Positions 10,446-18,391 of a stretch of 64,000 bases of DNA are shown here, piece by piece; positions within the stretch are counted from its first letter, which is position 1, and each line of letters opens with the position of its first letter. The notes beneath the pieces are model-generated. The model saw only the letters and a list, made by a program, of their open reading frames with translations. It searched no databases and was not told the DNA's origin. A program made the translations under genes and the position numbers. Location: positions 39,853-103,852 of the forward strand of contig CAZPZD010000001.1 of the NCBI GenBank assembly GCA_964590515.1, in the 5' to 3' direction. This stretch comes from an uncultured Anaerolineaceae bacterium. GTDB lineage: Bacteria; Chloroflexota; Anaerolineae; Anaerolineales; E44-bin32.

Positions 10446-11009
10446 TCAAGGGACGACGAGCAAATCCCGCAGGCCCTCAAGCTTTGCCGGACCGATCCCT
10501 TCGACCTGGAGCAGATCCTCGAACCGTTGAAACGGACCGTATCGATCCCGGTATTCGATGATATTTTTGGCCAAGACCGGGCCGATCCCTGGAAGCTGCT
10601 CCAGCTCCGGCGCGCTGGCGGAGTTGAGTGACAGCCGGACCTCGCTGCCTGCCAACTGGACCCCAGAGGTGGCCACCGAATCGACCAGCAGCGGGACCTC
10701 GATCCGCCGCCCGTCTTCAAGAGGCTGGGCCAAATTCAACTGGGCGAGGTCGGCGTCGGCTCGCAGTCCTCCAGCCGCGGTGATCGCCTCTTGTACGATC
10801 GATCCGCGCGGGAAAGAGTAGACACCGGGCCGCACAACAGCTCCGGCGACGTGGACTCGCAAGGGCACTGGGGGCAGCAGTTCGACCGGCTTCCCTCTTG
10901 GCTCCGCGCTCAGCAGGGAGTAAACGCCCCCCAGGAGCAACCCGACCAGAACTCCAGCAAGAAGCTGGCGAGTGCTTCGAAGGATTGGGGCCGGCCCGGG
11001 TGTGTCCAC
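10446..11009 (-). CDS. comEA: ComEA-type helix-hairpin-helix DNA-binding protein
   Basis: N-terminal TM segment, SLBB-like middle region, and C-terminal tandem HhH (LEQLPGIGPVLAKNIIEYR...LLQVEGIGPAKLEGL). Confidence 0.8.
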   Translation of the reverse strand: MDTPGPAPILRSTRQLLAGVLVGLLLGGVYSLLSAEPRGKPVELLPPVPLRVHVAGAVVRPGVYSFPRGSIVQEAITAAGGLRADADLAQLNLAQPLEDGRRIEVPLLVDSVATSGVQLAGSEVRLSLNSASAPELEQLPGIGPVLAKNIIEYRDRYGPFQRFEDLLQVEGIGPAKLEGLRDLLVVP

Positions 11010-11020
11010 GCGCTTCTACT

Positions 11021-11026
11021 TATAAT
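11021..11026 (+). promoter_or_regulatory. -10 hexamer TATAAT placed 7 nt before the start codon (candidate leaderless promoter)
   Basis: TATAAT at 11021-11026 and ATG at 11034. The whole divergent intergenic region is only 24 bp. Confidence 0.4.
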
Positions 11027-11033
11027 ACCTGGG

Positions 11034-11588
11034 ATGCCAGACTACTTCTCGGGCACCGGCGATGATGGAACCACCGGACTGCTCGGCAGCCAACGGGTCC
11101 CTAAATTCCACCCGCGGCCTGCCGCATACGGCGCGCTCGATGAGGCGGCCGCGGCGCTCGGGTTAGCCCGGGCCTTGGCCGCTGGGCTACAGACTCGGCA
11201 AGTGATCGTCGCGATCCAGCGGGATCTCTACCACATCATGGCCGAAGTTGCGGCAACCCGCGACCAGGCCCACCGGTTTCGGGAGCTCGGCGCGGAGCGG
11301 GTCGCCTGGCTGGAGGCTGAAGTTAGGCGGATCGGGGATCAAATCTCCATGCCAAAAGGTTTCGTGGTCGGAGGGGACTCGGCGCCCGGCGCGGCCCTCG
11401 ATCTGGCCCGAACGATTGTCCGACGAGCCGAACGCGCCATTGTCGAGCTCGCCCACGGTGGGGAACTGGACAATCCGCCCATGCTAGCCTACCTCAATCG
11501 GTTGTCGTCGCTGTGCTTCGTGCTCGCTCTTTGGGAGAATCGGCAGGCGGGTGTGGAATCCCCAACCCTGGCTAAATCCGAACCTTAA
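11034..11588 (+). CDS. ATP:cob(I)alamin adenosyltransferase, PduO type
   Basis: GTGDDGTTGL, DEAAAALG, IQRDLYHIMAEVA, ARTIVRRAER and YLNRLSSLCFVLA follow the PduO-type ATR pattern. The internal ATG was chosen because the longer ORF overlaps comEA. Confidence 0.85.
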   Translation: MPDYFSGTGDDGTTGLLGSQRVPKFHPRPAAYGALDEAAAALGLARALAAGLQTRQVIVAIQRDLYHIMAEVAATRDQAHRFRELGAERVAWLEAEVRRIGDQISMPKGFVVGGDSAPGAALDLARTIVRRAERAIVELAHGGELDNPPMLAYLNRLSSLCFVLALWENRQAGVESPTLAKSEP

Positions 11589-12199
11589 AGGACCGCGAAG
11601 CGGCACGCTTCTTTACCACTAGCCCGGCAGTCCACCTCGCGGATCGGGACTTCCTCCCGAGTCATCCAGGTTACCGCTTCCGCTAACTCGCCGACGGTCG
11701 ACCAACAGATCGGGTGCTCGGCGACCACCCCCAGGGTGCGGTCGAAAGTTTCGTCGACAAGCCAGAATCCCTCCCCGGCCCGGCTGACTCGGACCTGCCC
11801 ATCCGGGGCCGCCATCTCACTCGCCAGCTGGTTCAGAATCCAGGCCAACTTGCTTTGGGTTGATAGAAAGGGCCCAATGATCTTTCGGCGCGCATTCAGC
11901 AGAGGGCGCTGGGCGACCTGGTTGCGGAAGATCGATCGACCGATGCGGGTCAGCGTCCCGCGGGCGCCGGTCCCGAAGTAAGTCCGCACGGTCGTCAGCA
12001 ATCGAGCGTATTCGGCCGCCCGACTCTGGAGTTCGTCGTTGGCCGGCGGCGGGGATTCCATGTACCGGGTCAAGTCGGATTGGCGGAGGATCATCCGAAG
12101 TCCGTGGGCCCCCATCTGCTCCTCAATCGCCATGACCAACCAACGCATGCGGTAGTTCGGGAGGGAACGATCGGGAGGCAATCTCATCTCGTGGGGCAT
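11585..12199 (-). CDS. hypothetical protein, possibly V4R (4-vinyl reductase)-like ligand-binding domain
   Basis: The ORF shows normal codon bias. I chose ATG 12199 because it lies downstream of the GNAT stop. The C-terminal Cys-containing region loosely resembles V4R domains, so the functional call is weak. Confidence 0.4.
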   Translation of the reverse strand: MPHEMRLPPDRSLPNYRMRWLVMAIEEQMGAHGLRMILRQSDLTRYMESPPPANDELQSRAAEYARLLTTVRTYFGTGARGTLTRIGRSIFRNQVAQRPLLNARRKIIGPFLSTQSKLAWILNQLASEMAAPDGQVRVSRAGEGFWLVDETFDRTLGVVAEHPICWSTVGELAEAVTWMTREEVPIREVDCRASGKEACRFAVL

Positions 12200-12242
12200 T
12201 GGTGGGCCGATCCGCAGAACAGGACTAAGAATCCAGTGCGGA

Positions 12243-13088
12243 TTATAGCTTTGGGAGGCGGGTCTCGAGGACTCGGTAACGCTGGCCGGTCTCCCGGAAT
12301 CCAAGACTGCGATATAGGCGCTGGCTGGCCAGGTTGTCTGCCTGGGTGTTAACCGAGAGCCGACTCAGGCCACCCTGGCGGGCGCTCTGCAAGGCCTCCA
12401 AGACGAGTGAACGCCCCAGCCCCTGTCGGCGATGACCGGGGTGCACTGCCAATCGGGCGAGGTGGGCTCCAAGGGGTGACCGGGTCGTAATCTGGTAGCC
12501 GGCCAGCCCGTCCGCCGACTCGATGATTGTGGCTGAATCCGACTGTATGAGCGCGGCCCGAAGCGAATCGGTCGACAGCTGCCAAAGCGGGTCGAAGGAG
12601 AGGTGATCGAGTTCGAGCAGCGCCCTTTCATCTTCAGCCTGGATGGGTCGGGATCGCTGGGAAGAGGTTGGGAAGGAGCGGGTCAGTTCACGCTCGAAGA
12701 AGATCACCGCGTTGACGGGCTGATATCCGGCCCCGGCCAGGAGCGATTCGAACCAGCCCTCAATCGGCAGCGCAGCCACTCGGTCCACCCGCATTTCGCG
12801 CAGGGCGCTGGCCGCCACTTCCCAGAGCGGCTGCCAGGCCGCCTCAGGCTTGACCCCGGACGTCACTGCAAACCCCCGCAGCCAGCTCACACCAGGCAGG
12901 TCCGGCGGACAACCCAGGCAGCCTACCGGAAGGCCCGCCTGGGTACCCAGCAGGAACGGAGCTTTGTCTGTGAGGGCGGCTGGCTCCAGCCAATCCAGAT
13001 GCAAGTGCTTCCAGCGGGAACCGAGGAATAACCCGTCCACCAGCGCACGGTCATTTGCCGTCGTTTGCCGAATGGTCCAGCCACTCAT
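12243..13088 (-). CDS. tandem-GNAT N-acetyltransferase
   Basis: The C-terminal half has acetyl-CoA motif A (LAVHPGHRRQGLGRSLV). The N-terminal half looks like a degenerate second GNAT fold, a two-domain layout as in MshD-like enzymes. Confidence 0.7.
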   Translation of the reverse strand: MSGWTIRQTTANDRALVDGLFLGSRWKHLHLDWLEPAALTDKAPFLLGTQAGLPVGCLGCPPDLPGVSWLRGFAVTSGVKPEAAWQPLWEVAASALREMRVDRVAALPIEGWFESLLAGAGYQPVNAVIFFERELTRSFPTSSQRSRPIQAEDERALLELDHLSFDPLWQLSTDSLRAALIQSDSATIIESADGLAGYQITTRSPLGAHLARLAVHPGHRRQGLGRSLVLEALQSARQGGLSRLSVNTQADNLASQRLYRSLGFRETGQRYRVLETRLPKL

Positions 13089-13099
13089 CGGACCGCGGT

Positions 13100-13627
13100 T
13101 CAGAGTCGAAGCAGGCGGGCGGGTAGTTGGAGAAGTCGCTTGAGCAAGCGGCCGCGCAGGCCGCGGGGAGGGCTTGCGAGCGTTCCGGCCTGCAATGTGT
13201 TGGCCGCCTCGAGCGGCCGATGTTGGCGCAATTGAACCTGGGCGAGGGCGTTCAGCGTGTAACCAAGCGAGTCCTGATCGCCCATAGCACGGAAGGCCTC
13301 GACAGCCTGCTGATAGGCCCCCTCCGCGGCCGGAAGGTCGCCAGTCGCCTCCAGGGCGGCGGCCAGGTTGCCCGTCGCCTGGGCGGCCCGTTGGTTGTCG
13401 CCCAGCTTGGAGAAAAGGTCCCCTGTACCTCGGACGATGGAAAGGGCCTCCTGTGGGCGCCCGGCTTTCAAGTAGCTAACGCTCAGGTTGTTGGCCAGCT
13501 CGGCCCGCCTTGCCGGATCGGCCTCCAAGGGAAGGGCGGATTCGAAGAGCCGAATCGCGTCCCCCATTCTCCCTTGTTGATAGGCTTCGAGGGCCTGGCT
13601 CACAAGGCTGGAGGGTTCGGCACTCAA
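13100..13627 (-). CDS. TPR repeat protein
   Basis: Repeated 34-aa A/L/Y/G pattern (AIRLFESAL, LSVSYLKAGRPQEAL, AEGAYQQAVEAF). It overlaps the upstream HTH gene by 4 nt. Confidence 0.7.
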   Translation of the reverse strand: MSAEPSSLVSQALEAYQQGRMGDAIRLFESALPLEADPARRAELANNLSVSYLKAGRPQEALSIVRGTGDLFSKLGDNQRAAQATGNLAAALEATGDLPAAEGAYQQAVEAFRAMGDQDSLGYTLNALAQVQLRQHRPLEAANTLQAGTLASPPRGLRGRLLKRLLQLPARLLRL

Positions 13628-14313
13628 CGGGCGATATCGGAGATCAACTCGCCGAGATTGCGCAGCCGGTCGATGGAAAGCTCTTCGAGGCCAAGGGCCA
13701 ACCGGATCAACCGGGGACTGTCGCGCTTCCCCAGAAAGTCGCGCAGGTCGTGGGGCAGGTCACGGAAGGTCTCGTAGGCCTGCTGGTTGCGATGCCAATC
13801 GGCAACCGGGCCGCGGCCTTGGGTGTCCACGTAATCTTCGACCGAGTGGCCAAGCGCCTTCGCCAGGGCTTCGAGTTCTGGGACTGGAACCGGGCGCAGC
13901 CCGCGTTCGTAGGCACTCACCCGGCTGGCTGGAAAACCGACTCGCTCCCCCAGCTGGCGGAGCGACAGCTCGGCATCCTTGCGGTGCCGGCGAAGCAAGG
14001 CCCCGATCATCTTCTGTCGGAAAGAGACCACGACCTTGGGGTCGAACACTGCTTTCCGCTGGGCTTCTTCCGGACGACGGGCGAGCAAGCCCCCTAAGGG
14101 AACATCAAAATGGAAGGCGAGTTGCTCGAGCTCGGGCAGCGAGATGCCTTTCTTCCCCAACTCGTAGGAGGCCAGCGTGCTGCGGCTGATGCCGACGACC
14201 TCGGCGGTATGTTTGAGGCTTTTTCCTGCCTGTCTTCTGACTCCCCGCAACAGCGCGCCGAGCATCTTGGTCTTCAGGAGGAGTGACATGTCGTTCATGT
14301 GAAGATTGTGCAC
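13624..14313 (-). CDS. transcriptional regulator with two XRE-type helix-turn-helix domains
   Basis: Two copies of the Cro/C1 HTH pattern are present: LKHTAEVVGISRSTLASYELGKKGISLPELEQLA and LRQLGERVGFPASRVSAYERGLRPVPVPELEALA. Confidence 0.75.
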   Translation of the reverse strand: MHNLHMNDMSLLLKTKMLGALLRGVRRQAGKSLKHTAEVVGISRSTLASYELGKKGISLPELEQLAFHFDVPLGGLLARRPEEAQRKAVFDPKVVVSFRQKMIGALLRRHRKDAELSLRQLGERVGFPASRVSAYERGLRPVPVPELEALAKALGHSVEDYVDTQGRGPVADWHRNQQAYETFRDLPHDLRDFLGKRDSPRLIRLALGLEELSIDRLRNLGELISDIAR

Positions 14314-14365
14314 GAAGGCGTTGCGGGGCCCAGGGGCGGCTCAATTGTACATGGGGATCCGAATG

Positions 14366-15082
14366 CTACTCACCCCTGCCATTGGAGACCGGAGGGATCA
14401 GGTAGCCAAGGCCCTGCCGAGTGACGATGTGAATTGGATTCTTGGGATCCGGCTCGATCTTCTGTCGCAATCGGCTGAGGCACACCCACAGGATCTCCTT
14501 ATCGTCCCGATACTCCGGGCCCCAGACGCCGGTCAGCAGTTCCTCTGGCGTCAACACCCGGCCTTCGGAGGCCGCGAGGGTTTGCAACAAACGATACTCG
14601 GTGGCGGTGAGTGCAATTTCTTTGCTATTCGAGGTGACCAGCGCCTTGGCCAAGTCAATCTGCAGCTCGTGGTGGGCGTAGACCGGCTCATGGAAGCTGG
14701 CGTCGGCTTGTCGCTCGGCGCGGCGCAACACGGCTCGCACCCGAGCTAGCAACTCCTGGGCGGAAAATGGCTTGATGATGTAGTCGTCCGCCCCGGCATC
14801 CAGCCCCCGCACCCGGTCTCGCTCCTCTCCCTTGGCGGTCAGAATGATGATCGGAACCGTGGAGAACTCCCGAATCCGCTCGGTGGCAGTGAAGCCGTCC
14901 ATGACCGGCATCATGACATCCAGCAATAGCAATCCGGGCTGAGCTGCGGCCACCTTTTCCACCGCCTGCTGCCCGTCTTGGGCAGAGTCCACTGCGTAGC
15001 CGGCCGTCTCTAGGTTGACCTGGACCAGGCGAACATAGCGAGGCTCGTCGTCCACCACCAGGATCAAGGTCTTATCGTTCAT
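14366..15082 (-). CDS. OmpR-family response regulator (receiver + winged helix)
   Basis: MNDKTLILVVDDEP...LLLLDVMMPVMDG receiver, and a C-terminal LTATEYRLL...IVTRQGLGY winged helix. The start at 15082 overlaps the upstream kinase stop by 11 nt. Confidence 0.9.
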   Translation of the reverse strand: MNDKTLILVVDDEPRYVRLVQVNLETAGYAVDSAQDGQQAVEKVAAAQPGLLLLDVMMPVMDGFTATERIREFSTVPIIILTAKGEERDRVRGLDAGADDYIIKPFSAQELLARVRAVLRRAERQADASFHEPVYAHHELQIDLAKALVTSNSKEIALTATEYRLLQTLAASEGRVLTPEELLTGVWGPEYRDDKEILWVCLSRLRQKIEPDPKNPIHIVTRQGLGYLIPPVSNGRGE

Positions 15083-16325
15083 GCTCTGCCTCCGGAACGG
15101 GTTGGGTTGCCAGCAATGGGAGAGTGAAGTAGATCCGGGTGCCGGTCCCTTCCCGGCTTTCGACCCCGATCTCCCCATTATGAGCTTCGATGATCTTCCG
15201 GCAAATATACAGGCCGAGGCCGGTGCCACGCACGTTGGAATTCTGCTCGGGCACTCGATAGAAGCGTTCAAACAGGTGGGGGATGTGTTGCGGCGCGATG
15301 CCCGGGCCGGTGTCCTCGACCTCAATCTGCACCTGGTTGTCTTCGCTGTGCGAGCGAATCCGAACAACCGCGTTGGGTGCATACTTATTCGCATTGGAGA
15401 GCAGATTGTCGATTACCTGCGAAACCCGAGTCGGGTCCACATACACGCTTGGCAAGTCCTCAGGAAGCTCGACGTCCACCTTCATTTCCGGGTAAGCGGA
15501 CTTAGTCCGAGACACTGAATCCCGAATCAGGCTCCCGAGCTTAATCGGCTCGCGGGTCATCCCCAGGGTTCCGGTCTCCAGTCGCGAGGAATCGAGCAAG
15601 TTGTCGATGAGCTCTCGGAGCCGGTCGGCTTCCTCATCGACGATCTGCAAGAACTCCATCCGAGTTTCAGGTTCCCAGGTGGCGTCTTTGCGCATCAGGG
15701 TCGTCACATAGCCCTTAATGAAGCCGAGCGGGGTACGCAGCTCGTGCGAGATCGTTGAAATGAACTCGTCCTGCATGCGGGCCAGTTCACGCTGGGCCTC
15801 CAGGGTCGCGATCCGCCGGGCCATCCGCCGATTCTCCAACAGCTGCCCGACATGCCAGGCGACGAACTCGGCCAGCCGGATGTGCTCCGGTGGATACGAA
15901 GGCCCGCCGAATCGGCCGAAGACCAGCCCGCCGACGCAGCGGCCATGCACCATCATCGGTAACCCCAGGTAATCCCGGCGGCGGTCCCGGCCTTGAACCG
16001 CGGTGCCGGCATCCTCTTGGCGCAGGATCGTTTGGCCGCTCCGGTAAGCCTCAACGGCAGCCGGTTCGCCCCAGGCCAGGTCGGCCTCCCGCGATCGGCC
16101 GCGGCCAAGCGCCAGCGCGTAAGCCGGCTCAAGCTGACCGGTCTCTTCATTGGTGAGAAACAATGAAACCACGTCGAAGATGAAGATCGAGCGGGAAAGC
16201 CGAAATACCGCGTCGAGGCCGGCCTCCGTGTCGTAGGTCTCGGCCACGATCCGCGCGATGGCATAGACCGCGTTCAGCTCTGTGCCGTGGGTCAACGGCC
16301 CCGGGCGAACCAGTGGTCCAGTCAT
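15072..16325 (-). CDS. cytoplasmic GAF-domain sensor histidine kinase
   Basis: N-terminal GAF-like region, H-box ISHELRTPL, N box LLSNANKY, and G boxes DTGPGI and GTGLGL. No TM helix is present. Confidence 0.88.
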   Translation of the reverse strand: MTGPLVRPGPLTHGTELNAVYAIARIVAETYDTEAGLDAVFRLSRSIFIFDVVSLFLTNEETGQLEPAYALALGRGRSREADLAWGEPAAVEAYRSGQTILRQEDAGTAVQGRDRRRDYLGLPMMVHGRCVGGLVFGRFGGPSYPPEHIRLAEFVAWHVGQLLENRRMARRIATLEAQRELARMQDEFISTISHELRTPLGFIKGYVTTLMRKDATWEPETRMEFLQIVDEEADRLRELIDNLLDSSRLETGTLGMTREPIKLGSLIRDSVSRTKSAYPEMKVDVELPEDLPSVYVDPTRVSQVIDNLLSNANKYAPNAVVRIRSHSEDNQVQIEVEDTGPGIAPQHIPHLFERFYRVPEQNSNVRGTGLGLYICRKIIEAHNGEIGVESREGTGTRIYFTLPLLATQPVPEAEHER

Positions 16326-17500
16326 GCAGGCTCCGTGGCGAGTGGGAGATCGAAGCGGAACGTGCTTCCGGAGTTCTCCATGCTTTCGACCTGGATGGAA
16401 GCCCCGTGGGCACTCACGATCTGTTTGACCAGCGCGAGCCCAAGCCCGGTTCCCCCATGTCGGCGGGTCGGCGATCCGTCAAGTTGATGGAAAGGCTCGA
16501 AGATCTCCTCAAGTTTGCCGGAGGGGATGCCGATCCCGGTGTCGGAGACCGCGACCGTAACGAAGCGATCAACCTGTTGCGCCCAAAGCTTCACCCGACC
16601 TCCGGCCGGGGTGAACTTGATTCCATTGTCTACCAACTGGTAAAGGACCCAACTGAGCTTGTCCAGATCGGCCTGGACCTGGGGCAAACCCCGGTCGACC
16701 GAGACTTGAATCGAAACGCCCTCAAGGGCGGCCTTATCCTTCGATCGTTCGAGCACTGCCTCGGCGAGCTGAGCAAGCTGGGCCGGCCGGAGATCCAAAG
16801 CCAGCCCTTCCCGGGAAGCCGTGGAGAAAGCGATCAAGTCCTCAATCAAGTGCTCAAGCCGCAGGGTGGCCCGACTGATCACCGAGACTGCTTTGGCTTG
16901 CTCCGGGGTAAGCTGGCCGAGTTCCTGTTCTTCCAGCAACTCAACGTAGCCCTTCACATGCGCCAGCGGAGTTCGCAGCTCGTGCGAGACGTTCGAGATC
17001 AAGTTGGTCTTAAGGGTGTTCAATTCCTGAAGCCGCCCGAGCGCTTGGCGCAGTTCGGCGGTCCGCTCGGATACCCGCTGTTCGAGGTTCCGGTTGGCCT
17101 CTTGCAGGGCGGCATGGAGCTCGATAATCTGGCTGGTGATTGCCCGGTCGATCGTCTCCCGATCGACCATCTCCAGCTCCACCAAGGTCTGCCCGAGCAA
17201 GCGACGTTCCCCTTTCTTGGCGAGCTCCTTCTGGTGGACCAGAGCCGACTCGAGCTGGCCAGTTGTCAACAAGCCTCTGCGGACCAGGTAGTCGCCGAGC
17301 CGGGGGATGAAGGCCGGCGGCGTGTCGGTCAGCGGGGCTGTCTCTGGAACGCCGGCCAGATAAGCTCGTTCGGCGAGCAGCGCGAGCAGGGCCAAATCCA
17401 CCCCGCAGCTGGGGCAAGTCCTCGAATCCCCAGGCATGCTAAAGGAGCACTGCGGGCAGACGATGGAGCTGGTTACAACCGGGGTTTCAGACGTGACCAA
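16322..17500 (-). CDS. cytoplasmic histidine kinase with N-terminal zinc ribbon and MshEN/T2SSE_N-like (c-di-GMP-binding) domain
   Basis: CPQC..CPSC ribbon, then RLGDYLVRRGLLTTGQLESALVHQ plus a degenerate second copy. These are followed by a coiled coil, H-box SHELRTPL, and HATPase motifs DNGIKF, DTGIGI and GTGLGL. An ATGA overlap joins it to the downstream kinase. Confidence 0.85.
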   Translation of the reverse strand: MVTSETPVVTSSIVCPQCSFSMPGDSRTCPSCGVDLALLALLAERAYLAGVPETAPLTDTPPAFIPRLGDYLVRRGLLTTGQLESALVHQKELAKKGERRLLGQTLVELEMVDRETIDRAITSQIIELHAALQEANRNLEQRVSERTAELRQALGRLQELNTLKTNLISNVSHELRTPLAHVKGYVELLEEQELGQLTPEQAKAVSVISRATLRLEHLIEDLIAFSTASREGLALDLRPAQLAQLAEAVLERSKDKAALEGVSIQVSVDRGLPQVQADLDKLSWVLYQLVDNGIKFTPAGGRVKLWAQQVDRFVTVAVSDTGIGIPSGKLEEIFEPFHQLDGSPTRRHGGTGLGLALVKQIVSAHGASIQVESMENSGSTFRFDLPLATEPA

Positions 17501-17629
17501 AGCGGGCTCGCGGGTATATTAGCCGCTCCAGGGTAGAGCGGCAAGTGGAAGGTAGTACTGCAAGGTCTCTGTAAGGTTCGAGGCCCACGTTCCTGTCGGA
17601 TAATGTTGCCGATGCACTAGGAGCGCAAG

Positions 17630-18025
17630 ATGGCGATCGAAGTTCTCTTGATTGACGATGACCCGGACCTCTCCACGATGCTGCGCACTCTCTTGCGCGG
17701 GCAGGACTTCCAGATCAAGGCGGTCTTCTCGAGCGAAGACGGTATTTCGAAGGTCCAAAACCCGGATTCGACCCCTGATGTGGTCATCCTGGACCTGCTG
17801 ATGCCTGAAGTGGACGGTTGGGAAGTCTGCGAGCGAATTCGGTCGTTCTCGGATGTTCCGATCCTGATCCTATCGGCTCTCGGCTCCCCCGGAAGCGTCG
17901 CCCGGGCCCTGGATGCGGGAGCGGACGACTATCTGATCAAGCCGGTCCATGCGAGCCTGCTCGCCTCTCGCCTGCGGACGTTGGTTCGGCGTAAGGCTCT
18001 GAATCCAAACATCCAGGCTGCCTGA
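17630..18025 (+). CDS. single-domain (CheY-like) response regulator receiver
   Basis: LLIDDDPD, ILDLLMPEVDGWEV and ADDYLIKP motifs. An AGGAG Shine-Dalgarno lies upstream. Confidence 0.88.
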   Translation: MAIEVLLIDDDPDLSTMLRTLLRGQDFQIKAVFSSEDGISKVQNPDSTPDVVILDLLMPEVDGWEVCERIRSFSDVPILILSALGSPGSVARALDAGADDYLIKPVHASLLASRLRTLVRRKALNPNIQAA

Positions 18026-18053
18026 ACGCGGACTCTCCAATAGCAACAGAATG

Positions 18054-18084
18054 CCACGCAGCGTTTGCTGCGTGGTTGTGTTTT
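18054..18084. terminator. intrinsic terminator between convergent genes
   Basis: Perfect 9-bp stem ccacgcagc / gctgcgtgg with a 4-nt loop, followed by TTGTGTTTT. Confidence 0.75.
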
Positions 18085-18106
18085 AGGCTGAATTGTGCAG
18101 CCAGGG

Positions 18107-18391
18107 TTAGAGTACGGTTAGCTGGTGGTCCACAATCTGAAGGTCGGGCCGAAGCTGCTCAAGCCAGGCTGGAATGCCGGACAGCAGCTGTTCGCCATGC
18201 CGGTTGCTGTTGCTCACCACGACGCAGGCAATCACTGCGGTGCGGTGAGCGTCTTGATGATCGATTTCGGCCGCGGACACGTTGAACTCCCGATGCAGGG
18301 CGGTGAACACCGGCTTCAGCCGGCCTCGCTTTTCCTTTAAAGAGCTGCAGCCCGGGAGATGAAGCTCGAGGGTGAGTGCCACCACATTCAT
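18107..18391 (-). CDS. DUF503 (YlxP-like) protein
   Basis: LELHLPGCSSLKEKRGRLKPV...FNVSAAEIDHQD matches the DUF503 pattern. Size is typical at 94 aa. Confidence 0.75.
   Translation of the reverse strand: MNVVALTLELHLPGCSSLKEKRGRLKPVFTALHREFNVSAAEIDHQDAHRTAVIACVVVSNSNRHGEQLLSGIPAWLEQLRPDLQIVDHQLTVL

Noticed and set aside
12243-14313. GNAT plus HTH genes as a GNAT-type toxin-antitoxin pair.
   Set aside because: The GNAT is a 281-aa two-domain protein rather than a ~170-aa TacT/AtaT-like toxin. The HTH protein is not adjacent, because a TPR gene intervenes, and it is a double XRE domain rather than an RHH/DUF1778 antitoxin.
16313-17536. 407-aa plus-strand ORF covering the same DNA as the MshEN histidine kinase.
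   Set aside because: It is antisense to a gene with unmistakable HK motifs. Its translation is Arg/Gly/Pro/Leu-rich low-complexity sequence with no recognisable domain. Long shadow ORFs like this are expected in GC-rich DNA.
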